Shown: positions 58,666-59,172 of the stretch, in pieces | Layout: each line of letters starts with the position of its first letter | Position numbering within the stretch: the stretch's first letter is position 1 | Made by a program: the position numbers and the translations under genes | Notes under the pieces: model-generated | The model's database searches: none | What the model was told of the DNA's origin: nothing | What the model saw: the letters and a program-made list of their open reading frames with translations, nothing else | DNA from: Panacagrimonas sp. | Lineage (GTDB): Bacteria > Pseudomonadota > Gammaproteobacteria > Nevskiales > Nevskiaceae | DNA length: 59,172 nt | NCBI GenBank assembly: GCA_052387335.1 | Contig: JBQTJH010000080.1 | Coordinates: 1-59,172, forward strand | Reading direction: 5' to 3'

Positions 58666-59172
58666 TCATGCGCCCTGCACCTTGCGCGCCAGCCAAAGCC
58701 GCGCCAGGCCCGCGGCCGCGAGGTTGATGAGCAGCAGCAAGGCCACCAGCACCAGCGCGGTGCCATAGGCGTTGCGTTCGCCGCCGGGGATGTTCATGGC
58801 CAGATCGTAGATGTGAATGCTCATCGCGCGCCCGGAATCCATCAGCGAGGACGGCATGCGATCCACGTAACCGCTGGTGAAGATCAGCGCCGCGGTCTCG
58901 GCGAGCGCGCGGCCAATGCCCAGCACCAGGCCCGCAAGCAGGCCCGGCACCGCGGCCGGCAGCAGCACCTGCACGGTCACGGTCCAGCGCGACACGCCGA
59001 GCGCGGCGGCAGCTTGCCGATAGTCGTCCGGCACCGCGCGCAGGCCCTGCTCGGTGGCGCGGATCAGCAGCGGCAGTGCCATGCACGCGAGCGTCAGACC
59101 GCCGGACAGAATCGAGAAGCCCATGCCGAGCATCACGCAGAACAGCGCGTTGCCGAACAGGCCGAACACGAT
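58666..59172 (-). CDS. pstA: PstA-like permease (5' end outside the window)
   Basis: FGLFG, LTLA.M.LP.LIR.TE..LRAVP, ALG, GRALAETAALIFT, AYGTALVL. Confidence 0.85.
   Translation of the reverse strand: MVFGLFGNALFCVMLGMGFSILSGGLTLACMALPLLIRATEQGLRAVPDDYRQAAAALGVSRWTVTVQVLLPAAVPGLLAGLVLGIGRALAETAALIFTSGYVDRMPSSLMDSGRAMSIHIYDLAMNIPGGERNAYGTALVLVALLLLINLAAAGLARLWLARKVQGA

Overview
High-GC proteobacterial chromosome segment. Gene content suggests a Nevskiales/Xanthomonadales-like gammaproteobacterium (inference only). It opens inside a probable MITE-like structured repeat (1-206). A housekeeping and lipid-metabolism block follows (mgtE, APH-type phosphotransferase, pmbA, mpl, rnd, acyl-CoA synthetase, GST, hydrolase). 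Next is a PAS-GGDEF-degenerate-EAL gene divergent from a split Tad/Flp pilus locus, with a YafQ-type toxin-antitoxin pair between the two convergent tad operons and no prepilin peptidase. Then come apaH, an Aur1/PAP2_3-like membrane enzyme, an MMPL/RND plus YCF48-like pair, pgeF-rhlB/trxA-rho (Rho has a low-complexity N-terminal extension), purD/purC, a phasin with PhaR-like boxes, yihY, minCDE, ATP-grasp/alpha-E, and an HNH nuclease with a structured leader. The last ~10.3 kb is a tightly packed minus-strand oxyanion cluster: pstA-pstB-like, arsM, arsS (arsenosugar-type radical SAM), a second methyltransferase and modE. After a clear ModE box come a TonB-dependent receptor, a secreted molybdopterin-fold-like protein and modABC. 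Two copies of a ~100-bp inverted-repeat element sit inside this operon, each carrying a mini-ORF that overlaps the neighbouring stop and start codons. The best novelty candidates are the ModE-controlled TonB/molybdopterin-fold uptake module, its coupling to arsenic methylation genes, and the coupled repeat elements. All assignments come from motif recognition; no database searches were run.
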